Shown here: positions 8,801-16,870 of the stretch, piece after piece
Layout: each line of letters begins with the position of its first letter
Numbering within the stretch: the first letter of the stretch is position 1
Source: Micrococcus luteus NCTC 2665
Lineage (GTDB): Bacteria > Actinomycetota > Actinomycetes > Actinomycetales > Micrococcaceae
NCBI RefSeq assembly: GCF_000023205.1
Contig: NC_012803.1
Coordinates: forward strand, 2,190,001-2,222,000
Length of the DNA stretch: 32,000 bases
Direction: 5' to 3'
Translations under genes and position numbers: made by a program
Notes under the pieces: generated by a model
What the model saw: the letters and a program-made list of their open reading frames with translations, nothing else
Database searches by the model: none
What the model was told of the DNA's origin: nothing

Positions 8801-9398
8801 CACCTCGTGGCGCATGCACTCGGCGCTCACCCACGCCGTCTCCGAGCTCTCCTACGCCGGCCGGCTCGGCGCGCGGGAGGAGGTCACGGACGCCCGCCGG
8901 CTCGACGGCGTGGAGCCCGGGCTGCACCCGTGGCCGGTCTCCCACACGGGCAACGCGGTGTCCTCGCCGGAGGAGGCCGCGGCCGTCGTCGAGATCATCC
9001 AGTCACTGCTCGGCCGCACCTGGTCCACCGGCCCGGACGACCCCGGCCGGCCGCTCGAGCCGTCCGACGTGATCGTGGTGGCCCCGTACAACGCGCAGGT
9101 CGCCACGGTCCGGGAGGCGCTCGACGCCGCCGGCCTCGAGGGCACCACCGTCGGCACCGTGGACAAGTTCCAGGGCCGGGAGGCCGCCGTCGCGATCCTG
9201 ACGATGGCCGCGTCCTCACCGCAGGAGGTGCCGCGCGGGCTGGACTTCCTCCTGAACCGGAACCGGCTCAACGTGTCCATCTCGCGCGGACAGTGGGCCG
9301 CCTACCTCGTCCACTCCCCCGCCCTCGCGGACGCGCTGCCCACCGGGCCCGAGGACCTGCCGATGATCGGCGCGTTCCTGCGGCTCGTGCACCGCTGA
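5808..9398 (+). CDS. RecB-family (PD-(D/E)XK) nuclease / RNaseH-like domain / SF1 (Dna2-Upf1-like) helicase fusion protein
   Basis: The N-terminus carries GLADFLV...YEVVDTKLA, a D...E-x-K nuclease motif. The middle carries DVFFDFEGDPLW, an RNaseH-like exonuclease motif. The C-terminus carries Walker A VQGPPGTGKTY, Walker B LLVVDEAGQLS and TVDKFQGREAAV. Confidence 0.8.
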   Translation: MVTFAPDRASFMLSPSDITAAATCTYGWLRGTVDPKLGRVPRIGVADAFLGRVSRLGDDHESRVLARLEAEHGADQVVRLDRPERYTPEGVRAARERTAAALAARPAVVFQGMLHDGAFGGLADFLVLRTDEEHPEGAYEVVDTKLARHARVTALLQIAAYADLLDGMGVPRARQGSLWLGDGSRHVADLDEVIPVYRHQRARLEALLQDHVAAGEPARWGDDRLSVCGACEACEEAVTEHRDVLLTAGATRLQRTRLREAGITTIEQLAASVAPPEGMARRTWEALREQAAIQLEPAGADGLPPHRIVDPRAVAGLPVPDAGDVFFDFEGDPLWVSADGSMEGLEYLWGWVEAPGGDTARTASADFRFTGLWADTRAAERAALERFVAFVEARRAAHPGMRIYHYAAYEVTALRRLTVRHGVGERELDDWLRAGLFVDLYSTVRAALRAGVPSYSIKKLEPLYMGAEHRAEDGVTTAADSVTEYHRYVAAMEAGDTEVARAIRADIEDYNRYDCVSTARLRDWLLAQVEPEEAAVADRPADDAATENEPLVEAAPSLQEQDAALAASLQALADGERDEAGGTGAPEAELDGGRRGIALLAAGLGYFARENKPLWWAMFDRAVSAPDEWQEPRANLVFDTVESVGAWERPTPRSNPARTLTVTGRLEPGTEVRPRRNSQERFKLNALYEQPPRWAELAPNAVRWQSRSPVDVAEVEEIAPGRFRVNLLQRLSAKYEPEPHAEVPMAVFHLNYVRPGGLLERIREQADAAARRGRLPDGAVFDILARRAPRTTGRTLAAIGADVRDGRRDGVGGLVEAVESARGSYVAVQGPPGTGKTYVGSRAVKELLDRGWTVGVTAQSHAVVENFLDQLIGVGVDPDRVGKEPKDPDGPHRWTSLSSSEVHAFLAPGRVLGGTAWTFANAAAQPVDLLVVDEAGQLSLAHLLGASALAETVLLLGDPQQLPQVSRGEHPQPIGDAALTWIAEGAPVLRADRGFFLDTSWRMHSALTHAVSELSYAGRLGAREEVTDARRLDGVEPGLHPWPVSHTGNAVSSPEEAAAVVEIIQSLLGRTWSTGPDDPGRPLEPSDVIVVAPYNAQVATVREALDAAGLEGTTVGTVDKFQGREAAVAILTMAASSPQEVPRGLDFLLNRNRLNVSISRGQWAAYLVHSPALADALPTGPEDLPMIGAFLRLVHR

Positions 9399-9517
9399 CT
9401 CAGTCGGCGGCGCCCTGGCGCAGCAGGAACCGCTGCAGCTTGCCGGAGGGGGTCTTGGGCAGCCGGTCCACGAAGTGCACCCGGCGCGGGTAGGCGTGCT
9501 TGGAGTACTCGTCGCGG

Positions 9518-9525
9518 ACCTTCGC
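9518..9525. repeat. Target-site duplication ACCTTCGC (left copy) of ISL3 element 1
   Basis: An identical 8-mer directly abuts both terminal inverted repeats. Confidence 0.85.
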
Positions 9526-10951
9526 GGCTCTTCACGAACGAGGGTGTAGCGCGGGTCTGAACCCTCCGGCTTCGAGCAGTGACCGAGCGATGTAGTGGGT
9601 GAGGTTGCGGAAGCCGAGGGCGGAGCCGCGGAGGTGTTCGAGCCGCCCGTTGATGGCCTCGGTCGGGCCGTTGCTGGTGCCGGGGCGGTCGAAGAACGCG
9701 AGGATGTCGCCCGCCCGCTGCTTCATGGTCCGGCCGAGCTTGCGGACCTCGACGAGCGCCGCGGGAACGCCGCTGCTGATCGTAGCGATCACCTCCTGCA
9801 TCATCGCCTTCGCTTTCTTCTTGTCGGGCTCCCGGTAGGCCGCGACGATGCGCTGGTAGATGCCCCAGGTCGCCTCGACCTCGATGTGCTCCTCGCTCGC
9901 GAACACTGCGTCCAGGCGTGCCCGCTGCCGGTCGGTGAGCAGGCTCGCCCCGGTGTGCAGGGTGCGGCGGGCTTTGTAGAGCGGGTCGCCCTTGAGCCCG
10001 CGGTGACCGGTGGTGTCTTGCTGGACCCGACGCCGGCAGACATCCAGCGCGTCGCCGGCGAGGCGGACCACGTGGAACGGGTCCATGACGGGGACGGCGT
10101 CGGGGAGTTCCTCGGCGGCAGCGGTCTTGAACCCGGCGAAGCCGTCCATCGCGACCACCTCGATCCGCTTCGCCCAGTCCGCAGGGCGGGCGGCGAGCCA
10201 CTGCTTGAACACCGCCTTGGAGCGGCCCTCGACCATGTCCAGCAGCCTCGCCGGCCCGGTCTTGTTCCTCGCGGGGGTGAGGTCGATGATCACGGTGACG
10301 TACTTGTCGCCCAGCCTCGTGTGTCGCCAGACGTGCTCGTCGACACCGATCGTGGTGACCCCGTCGAACCGGGCGGGGTCGTCGATCAGGCGCCGCTTGC
10401 CTTCCGCGAGGACGGCGGCGTTCGCGGCACTCCAGGACACCCCGAGACCTGCGGCGACGCGGGTGACGGTGAGGTGGTCGATGACGATGCCCCGCAGCGC
10501 CCACTCCAGGCCGCCGCGGGAGATCTTCGCACGCGGCGCCGCTGCCCGCGTCATGTCCTGCCGCCACGTGCGCCGGCAGTGTCCGCACCGGTACCGGCGC
10601 ACCCGCACCAGCAGGGTCGTCGGCCGGTGCCCGAACGGCTCGTGCGCCAGTCGACGCGTGACCGTGTCCCGCGGCACGCCCTCGACACCGCACTTCCGAC
10701 ACCACGGGTCGTCCTCGACGACGCGGCATTCGATCGTGGCCCGATCCGGCTCGATCAGCTGGCCGACGGCGACGAGGCCGAGCTCGTCAAGGCGGCAGAA
10801 CGTGGTCAGGTCAGGGGTCGCGAAAGTAGGGTGGAGCACGTCGAGGTCTTTCGGGATGGCGAGCGTGAAGAACTTCCATCATCCGGGAGACCTCGACCCC
10901 TACCCGGCCACCGACGCGCTCAACCGACTACACCCTCGTTCGTGAAGAGCC
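9526..10951 (-). mobile_element. ISL3-family insertion sequence (1426 bp)
   Basis: Perfect 24-bp terminal inverted repeats GGCTCTTCACGAACGAGGGTGTAG at 9526-9549 and 10928-10951. There is an 8-bp TSD and a single transposase ORF. Confidence 0.9.
9532..10839 (-). CDS. ISL3-family transposase
   Basis: 435 aa with a GTG start. The zinc-ribbon-like N-terminus (CRKCG...CGHC) and the VDEHVW...MDGFAGF...NGPTEAINGRLEHLRG pattern are typical of ISL3 transposases. The stop codon lies inside the inverted repeat. Confidence 0.9.
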   Translation of the reverse strand: MLHPTFATPDLTTFCRLDELGLVAVGQLIEPDRATIECRVVEDDPWCRKCGVEGVPRDTVTRRLAHEPFGHRPTTLLVRVRRYRCGHCRRTWRQDMTRAAAPRAKISRGGLEWALRGIVIDHLTVTRVAAGLGVSWSAANAAVLAEGKRRLIDDPARFDGVTTIGVDEHVWRHTRLGDKYVTVIIDLTPARNKTGPARLLDMVEGRSKAVFKQWLAARPADWAKRIEVVAMDGFAGFKTAAAEELPDAVPVMDPFHVVRLAGDALDVCRRRVQQDTTGHRGLKGDPLYKARRTLHTGASLLTDRQRARLDAVFASEEHIEVEATWGIYQRIVAAYREPDKKKAKAMMQEVIATISSGVPAALVEVRKLGRTMKQRAGDILAFFDRPGTSNGPTEAINGRLEHLRGSALGFRNLTHYIARSLLEAGGFRPALHPRS

Positions 10952-10959
10952 ACCTTCGC
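10952..10959. repeat. Target-site duplication ACCTTCGC (right copy) of ISL3 element 1
   Basis: See the left copy. Confidence 0.85.
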
Positions 10960-12543
10960 CTGCAGCTCGGCCGCCAGGGCGTCCGGGTCCGCGACGGCCC
11001 CGGCGGGCACCACGAACGCCACGACCTCCTCGCCGCGCACCCCCTCCGGGTCCGGCAGGCCGACGACGGCGACCTCCTGCACCCGCGGGTGGTCGATGAG
11101 CACGGACTCCACGTCGAACGGGCCGATCCGGTACCCGGCGGCGAGGATCACGTCGTCGTCCCGGGAGGAGAAGAAGAACCAGCCGTCGTCGTCCTGCCGG
11201 GCGGTGTCCCCGGTCAGGTACCAGCGGCCGTCCGGGGTGAAGCGCTCCGCGGTCTTCTCCGGCTCCCCGAGGTAGCCGGGGAACCAGAACAGGGGCGAGG
11301 CCGCGTCGATCGCGATCTGCCCGTCCCGGATCTGGGCGGCGATCCCCGGCAGGGGCACACCCATCGAACCCGGGCGGGGCGGCGCGGCCAGCTCGGGGTG
11401 CGCGAGGGTGCAGATGACCATGCCCAGCTCGGTCTGGCCGTAGTGGTCGCGGATCTCGGTGCCGAGGGCCGTCCGGCCCCATTCGAGCACGGTCGGCGGC
11501 AGCGGCTCCCCCGCCGTGGACACGCGCCGCAGCCGCAGCGGGGCGTCCTCGGTGACCTCCCCGGCCTTGGCCAGCGCGCGGAACATCGTGGGGGCGCCGG
11601 CGAGGTTCGTGACGTCCTGCGAGCGGATCACCTCGACCATGGTCGCCGGGGAGAAGGCGCCGCGGTACTGCACCGAGGTCGCCCCGAGCATCAGCGTGCC
11701 GACGATCCCGTAGTACAGCCCGTACGCCCAGCCGTGGTCGGCCGCGTTCCAGAACAGGTCCTCGGGGCGCAGGTCCACCGCGCACGTGAGGTAGACGGCG
11801 AACGCGGCGGCCGCGCGCAGCGGCACGGGCACCCCCTTGGGGCGGCCGGTGGTGCCGGAGGTGAACAGCAGGGCGATCGGCCCGTCCCCGCCGACGGCGA
11901 CGTCCTCGCCCAGCGGCGCGGAGTCCGCGAGCGCGTCCCACTCCGGGCCGGTGCGGATGATCTCGATGCCGGGGATGTCCGTGAGCTTCTCGGCCTGGCG
12001 GGGTTCGGCGACGACGAGCCGCGCCGCCGCGCCCTCGATGCGCATCCGGGCGGCGCCCGCGGCGAACGCGGTGAACAGCGGCACGTGCACGGCGCCGAGC
12101 CGCCACAGGGCCAGCAGCGTGATGACGAGCTCCTCCCGTTTGGAGATCATCACGGGGACTCGGTCGCCGCGCGTGACGCCGCGGGCGGCGAGGCCGGTGG
12201 CGAGGCGGCGGGAGCGGTCGGCCAGCTCGCCGAAGGTGAGGTCGACGGCGGACATGTCCTCCGCCACGAACCGGAACGCCACGGCGTCGGCCGGCCAGCG
12301 GTCGCAGAGCAGGTGGGCGGCGCAGGCGTCCGGGGTCTCGACGTCGGCGACCCACCCGGCCATCAGCCGGTCGATCGTCCCGGCCTCGTGGGCCTGCCCG
12401 GTCCGTTCCGTCATCTCGGTCTCCTCATCCCTCTCGGCACGCCGACGCCGGGCGACGGCGACGTCAACCACGGTAGGTCCGCCGCGCCCCGGGCCACCGG
12501 GCGCGTCCGCATGTTGCACTCGCCACCCCGTCGCGGCTGAGGG

Positions 12544-12549
12544 CAGGAT
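12544..12549 (+). promoter_or_regulatory. Candidate -10-like hexamer CAGGAT, 6 nt upstream of ATG 12556
   Basis: The A2 and T6 positions are conserved. There is no Shine-Dalgarno sequence. This is weaker than the TANNNT cases. Confidence 0.25.
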
Positions 12550-12555
12550 GGCGCC

Positions 12556-13170
12556 ATGACTGATCTCGATCCCGCCACCCCTCGCCCCTCAGGGACGCGC
12601 GCGGACGCCCCGCCCCGGACCGACGTCGCGCTGCGCCCGGTGGCCGCCGACGACGCCGACTTCCTGTGGACCTGGATCCACGGCGCCGAGGACCCCGAGT
12701 GGAAGTCGTGGGACGCCCCCTACTTCCACGCCGCGGACACGGCCGCCCCGCCGAGCCGCGCGGACTTCGACGCCGACCACGCGCGCCGGCGCGTCGGCGA
12801 CCCGGACGTCCGGGTCGTCACGGTGGACGGCACCCCCGTCGGTCTCGTGACCCGCACGGAGCAGCATCCGGCGGGCGCGGGCTGGTGGGAGCTCGGCATC
12901 CTGCTGTTCGACCCGACCACGTGGGGCCGCGGCGTCGGGCGGGCGGCGCTCACGCTGTGGTCGGACGCGTCGTTCGCGGAGACGGACGCGCACCTGCTGA
13001 GCCTGGTCACGTGGTCCGGCAACGCGCGGATGATCGCGTCGGCGGTCCGCGTCGGGTACACCGAGGTCGCCCGCATCCCCGAGGCGCGCTCCTGGGAGGG
13101 CCGGCGATGGGACTCGGTGCAACTCGCGGTGCTGCGGCGCGACTGGTGGCCGGCGTCGACGGACGGCTGA
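12556..13170 (+). CDS. GNAT-family N-acetyltransferase
   Basis: 204 aa. The motif WGRGVGRAAL is the acetyl-CoA-binding Q/RxxGxG/A-type loop. Length and layout are typical of RimJ/RimL-like GNATs. Confidence 0.7.
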   Translation: MTDLDPATPRPSGTRADAPPRTDVALRPVAADDADFLWTWIHGAEDPEWKSWDAPYFHAADTAAPPSRADFDADHARRRVGDPDVRVVTVDGTPVGLVTRTEQHPAGAGWWELGILLFDPTTWGRGVGRAALTLWSDASFAETDAHLLSLVTWSGNARMIASAVRVGYTEVARIPEARSWEGRRWDSVQLAVLRRDWWPASTDG

Positions 13171-13215
13171 GGACGGACCCGGCCCTCGCCTTCGTCGGGC
13201 GTCCGCGGCGCCTGC

Positions 13216-13221
13216 CAGAAT
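13216..13221 (+). promoter_or_regulatory. Candidate -10-like hexamer CAGAAT, 7 nt upstream of the second in-frame ATG of purB (13229)
   Basis: Read directly. It suggests the real purB start may be 13229 rather than 13220. Confidence 0.25.
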
Positions 13222-14656
13222 GGGGGCCATGACCTCACAGCCCGCGTCCACCGCCCACCGCCGTTCCCTCGCCGAGGCCGGCATCGCCCTCGGCCCCCTG
13301 GACGGCCGCTACCGTGCGGCGGTGGAGCCGCTCGTGGAGCACCTGTCCGAGGCGGCGCTGAACCGCAACCGCATCCACGTGGAGGTCGAGTGGTTCATCC
13401 ACCTGGCCGAGCACCGTGTGCTGCCGGGTCTGACGCCCCTCACGGCCGAGCAGCAGGCGGGCCTGCGGGCGATCGTCACGGACTTCGACGCGGAGTCCGT
13501 GGCCGAGCTGGCGGCCACCGAGAAGGTCACGGTGCACGACGTGAAGGCCGTCGAGTACTTCATCGCCGACCGCCTCGAGGGGCTGGGTCTGGGCCGGCTG
13601 AAGCCGCTCGTGCACTTCGCGTGCACCTCCGAGGACATCAACAACCTCGCCTACGCGGTGGGCGTGCGCGACGCCGTCGAGCAGGTCTGGCTGCCGGCCG
13701 CCCGCGCCGCCGTGGCCACCGTCTCCGCGATGGCCGCCGAGGCCGCCGAGACCCCCATGCTCTCCCGCACGCACGGCCAGCCGGCCACGCCCACCACGCT
13801 GGGCAAGGAGATGGCCGTGTTCGTGCACCGTCTGACCCGCCAGACCCGGCGCATCGCCGGCCAGGAGTACCTGGGCAAGATCAACGGCGCCACCGGCACC
13901 TACGCCGCCCACCTCGCCGCCGCCCCGGACGCGGACTGGCCGGCCCTGTCCCGGTCCTTCGTGGAGCACCTCGGCCTCACCTGGAACCCGCTGACCACCC
14001 AGATCGAGTCCCACGACTGGCAGGCGGAGCTGTACGCCGACGTCGCGCGCTTCAACCGGATCCTCCACGGCTTCTGCGTGGACGTGTGGAGCTACATCTC
14101 CATCGGCTACTTCGCGCAGATCCCCGTGGCCGGTGCGACCGGCTCCTCCACCATGCCGCACAAGGTGAACCCGATCCGCTTCGAGAACGCCGAGGCCAAC
14201 CTCGAGCTCTCCTGCGCCCTGCTCGACTCGCTGGGCGCCACCCTCGTGGAGTCCCGTTGGCAGCGCGACCTCACGGACTCGACGTCGCAGCGCAACATCG
14301 GCGTGGCCCTCGGCCACTCGGTGCTCGCCCTGACCAACGTCACCAAGGGCATGGGCCAGCTCCAGGTCGCCGCGCCCGTACTGGCGGAGGACCTCGACAC
14401 GAACTGGGAGGTGCTCGGCGAGGCCGTCCAGACCGTGATGCGTGCCGAGGCGATCGCCGGCGTCGAGGGCATGGACAACCCCTACGAGCGCCTCAAGGAG
14501 CTGACCCGCGGCCACCGCGTGGACGGGGCGCGCATGCGCGAGTTCGTGCAGGGCCTCGGCCTGTCGGAGGCGGCCCAGGCGCGCCTGCTCGCCCTCACGC
14601 CCGCCGGCTACACGGGCCTCGCGGCGCGCCTGGCCGCCGAGTTCGGCGGGCGCTGA
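13220..14656 (+). CDS. purB: Adenylosuccinate lyase
   Basis: GPLDGRYRAAVEPL...VEVEWFIHL and the fumarate-lyase signature GSSTMPHKVNP are present. The alternative start at 13229 (MTSQ...) is equally possible. Confidence 0.9.
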   Translation: MGAMTSQPASTAHRRSLAEAGIALGPLDGRYRAAVEPLVEHLSEAALNRNRIHVEVEWFIHLAEHRVLPGLTPLTAEQQAGLRAIVTDFDAESVAELAATEKVTVHDVKAVEYFIADRLEGLGLGRLKPLVHFACTSEDINNLAYAVGVRDAVEQVWLPAARAAVATVSAMAAEAAETPMLSRTHGQPATPTTLGKEMAVFVHRLTRQTRRIAGQEYLGKINGATGTYAAHLAAAPDADWPALSRSFVEHLGLTWNPLTTQIESHDWQAELYADVARFNRILHGFCVDVWSYISIGYFAQIPVAGATGSSTMPHKVNPIRFENAEANLELSCALLDSLGATLVESRWQRDLTDSTSQRNIGVALGHSVLALTNVTKGMGQLQVAAPVLAEDLDTNWEVLGEAVQTVMRAEAIAGVEGMDNPYERLKELTRGHRVDGARMREFVQGLGLSEAAQARLLALTPAGYTGLAARLAAEFGGR

Positions 14657-14682
14657 CGGGTCTGCCGAACAAAAAAAACAAA

Positions 14683-14688
14683 TACGAT
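14683..14688 (+). promoter_or_regulatory. Candidate -10 hexamer TACGAT, 6 nt upstream of ATG 14695, within the A-rich tract AACAAAAAAAACAAATACGAT
   Basis: TANNNT is read directly. The A-run is very unusual for this genome. Confidence 0.4.
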
Positions 14689-14694
14689 GTGAGC

Positions 14695-15876
14695 ATGCGC
14701 GATCCCGTGCCCTGCCCAGACCAGCCGAACAGCCCCTTCACGCCGGGGTACGGGCGGCGTCCCCTCGTGTTCGGCGGCCACGAAGACCTGCTCCGCGACA
14801 TGGGCAGAGTTTTCCAAGACCATGACTTCGGCGAGAACCAGTCCGTCCTCCTGTCCGGGCTGAGGGGCGCCGGAAAGACCTCCATGCTGCAGCGGATCGA
14901 AGACCTCGCCCGAGATGCTGGTTGGCTCGTGATCAGCGAGGATGCCAGCGCGGGCCTCCAACGCCGGCTGGTGGAGAGCACGTTGCCAGACGTCGTGAAT
15001 TCCCTACCCCGGCAGACCAAACGTGAGCTCAAGGAACTGGGGCTCTGGCACTTCTCCGCCGCGTGGGAGGTCACAGAGCGTCCCTCTCGTCCACTCATGC
15101 GCAATGATCTGGTGACCGTTGCCCAACATGCCGGGGTGCGCGGAATCCTCATCACGATCGACGAGGTCTCCTCGGGCAAGACGCGCCTGCGAGAGGTCAG
15201 CGCCGTCGCACGGGAGATCTCCCATGCCATCAGCCGCGGAGCAGACATCGTCGTGGCATTCGCCGGCATCAAGGTCGACCTCGACGAACTCGTACGGCAG
15301 GAGCACACGACCTTTCTCCGCCGCTCCCGGACCGCCGACTTCCACCGACTTTCTCCGAAGGAGACCCGCCACGTCCTCGCGGAGACGGCACGCCTCGGCG
15401 GCCGGGAGTTCACCGCAGAAGCCCTGGAGATGCTGATCGCCGCGGCCCAGGGCTACCCCTACCTCGTCCAGCTGCTGGGCGACTACGCGTGGCGACACCG
15501 GCCGAACCAGCCCCGGATCGACCTGTCTGCCGCCGAGGCAGCCCGCGCCCGGGGGCTGCAGGCGGTGATGGACCGCGTGCTGTCAAAGGTCTTCAACGAC
15601 CTCTCCGCCAAGGATCAGGAGTTCCTCCGCGCCATGGCTGTCGACGAGGAGCGATCCCGCATCGGCGACATCACCGCGCGCCTCGGCTCCTACAGCCAGT
15701 ATGTGAATCAGTATCGGAACCGACTCATCGACAGCGGCTACGTGCAACCGGACGGACACGGGTACCTCCGCTTCGCCCTTCCCTACCTCGGCGCCTACAT
15801 CCGCTCTCTGACCGACAGGGGCCCGGCGTCGGCTCCGGACGACGACTGGAGCGCCTACCCGCCTCCCCTGACATGA
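14695..15876 (+). CDS. P-loop NTPase (AAA/STAND, Arch_ATPase-like) with a C-terminal winged-helix domain
   Basis: Walker A LLSGLRGAGKTSM, Walker B GILITIDEVS, a GxP-like helical motif AAQGYPYLVQLLG, and a wHTH-like tail DQEFLRAMAVDEERSRIGDITARLG...NRLIDSGYV. Sampled lines give about 63% G+C, below the flanking genes. Confidence 0.7.
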   Translation: MRDPVPCPDQPNSPFTPGYGRRPLVFGGHEDLLRDMGRVFQDHDFGENQSVLLSGLRGAGKTSMLQRIEDLARDAGWLVISEDASAGLQRRLVESTLPDVVNSLPRQTKRELKELGLWHFSAAWEVTERPSRPLMRNDLVTVAQHAGVRGILITIDEVSSGKTRLREVSAVAREISHAISRGADIVVAFAGIKVDLDELVRQEHTTFLRRSRTADFHRLSPKETRHVLAETARLGGREFTAEALEMLIAAAQGYPYLVQLLGDYAWRHRPNQPRIDLSAAEAARARGLQAVMDRVLSKVFNDLSAKDQEFLRAMAVDEERSRIGDITARLGSYSQYVNQYRNRLIDSGYVQPDGHGYLRFALPYLGAYIRSLTDRGPASAPDDDWSAYPPPLT

Positions 15877-15921
15877 CGGGCGCCGCCCCGGGCTGCGCGG
15901 ACACCACAGGAGCGTCCCCGC

Positions 15922-15927
15922 TACCGT
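15922..15927 (+). promoter_or_regulatory. Candidate -10 hexamer TACCGT, 6 nt upstream of ATG 15934
   Basis: TANNNT is read directly. It supports 15934 as the start. Confidence 0.35.
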
Positions 15928-15933
15928 GACCCC

Positions 15934-16845
15934 ATGCTGACCTCCTCCGTCGCCGTCTGGCTGCTGACCACGACCCCCAAGAACCCGGAAGAGCTCCAGC
16001 GCGACCTGCCCTCCGCCGTCGACGAGACCGGCCAGGTGGCCCAGGCCGTGACCCAGATCGTCACGACGGTGGACCTGGTGGGCGTGTTCTTCTTCGCGAT
16101 CTCCGGCGCCATCCTGGCCGTCCGGAAGGGGTACGACATCGTCGGCTCGCTGCTGCTGGCGCTCATGGTGGGCACCGGCGGCGGCGTGATCCGCGACCTG
16201 ATCGTCAACCAGGACGTCACGGCCGCGTTCCGCAACCCGTGGTACCTGATCCTGCCCGTGCTGGCGTGCCTTGCCGTGTTCTTCAAGGTGTTCGACGGGG
16301 AGCGCGGCAAGCACGCCGTGATGCTCGTGGACGCGGTGGGCCTGGCCGTGTACTGCGTGGTCGGCACCCGGATCGCGCTGCTCGGGGGGCTCTCCCCCGT
16401 CTCGGCCGCGGTGCTCGGTCTCGTCACGGCGGTGGGCGGCGGCCTGCTGCGGGACGTGGTGGCGGGCGAGCATCCGGCCGTGTTCGGCGGGCGCGGCTGG
16501 TACGCCGTGCCTGCGCTGATCGGCGCCGCCGCCACCTCCGCGCTGGGCCAGGCCGAGTGGCTGAGCATCTACACGATGCTCGCGGTGATGCTCGCGGTCC
16601 TGGCGCTGCGCGTGGTCTCCCTGCGCTGGGAGTGGATGGCCCCGGGCGCGGAGATCACCGGGGAGACCCAGCGCCAGCGCATGGACCCGGACGACGCCCC
16701 GCCCGTGCCGGACGTCCGGGACCAGGGCAGCCCCGACGACCCGCCGCGCGAGAGCGGCCAGGAGCCCACCACTCCCACCCCGCAGGTCGAGGAGAATGGC
16801 ATGGACCGCGCCGTCGAGGGCGACGACGCCGCCTCCCGCCGCTGA
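15934..16845 (+). CDS. Trimeric intracellular cation channel family (TRIC/UPF0126) membrane protein, paralogue 1
   Basis: Two internal repeats carry the glycine motifs VGTGGGVIRD and VTAVGGGLLRD, and there is an FFFAISGA helix. The C-terminal tail is acidic and Pro-rich. Confidence 0.8.
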   Translation: MLTSSVAVWLLTTTPKNPEELQRDLPSAVDETGQVAQAVTQIVTTVDLVGVFFFAISGAILAVRKGYDIVGSLLLALMVGTGGGVIRDLIVNQDVTAAFRNPWYLILPVLACLAVFFKVFDGERGKHAVMLVDAVGLAVYCVVGTRIALLGGLSPVSAAVLGLVTAVGGGLLRDVVAGEHPAVFGGRGWYAVPALIGAAATSALGQAEWLSIYTMLAVMLAVLALRVVSLRWEWMAPGAEITGETQRQRMDPDDAPPVPDVRDQGSPDDPPRESGQEPTTPTPQVEENGMDRAVEGDDAASRR

Positions 16846-16870
16846 CCCCTCCCCCTGGAAAGGAGCCGCC

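Larger units (their letters stand above)
9400..12414 (-). pseudogene. AMP-dependent acyl-CoA synthetase/ligase gene interrupted by ISL3
   Basis: The 5' part runs 12414->10952 (ATG preceded by GAGGAG; motif LLFTSGTTGRPKGV). The 3' part runs 9525->9400 and encodes ...AKVRDEYSKHAYPRRVHFVDRLPKTPSGKLQRFLLRQGAAD*. Removing 9526..10951 plus one TSD copy restores a 526-codon ORF. Confidence 0.85.
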
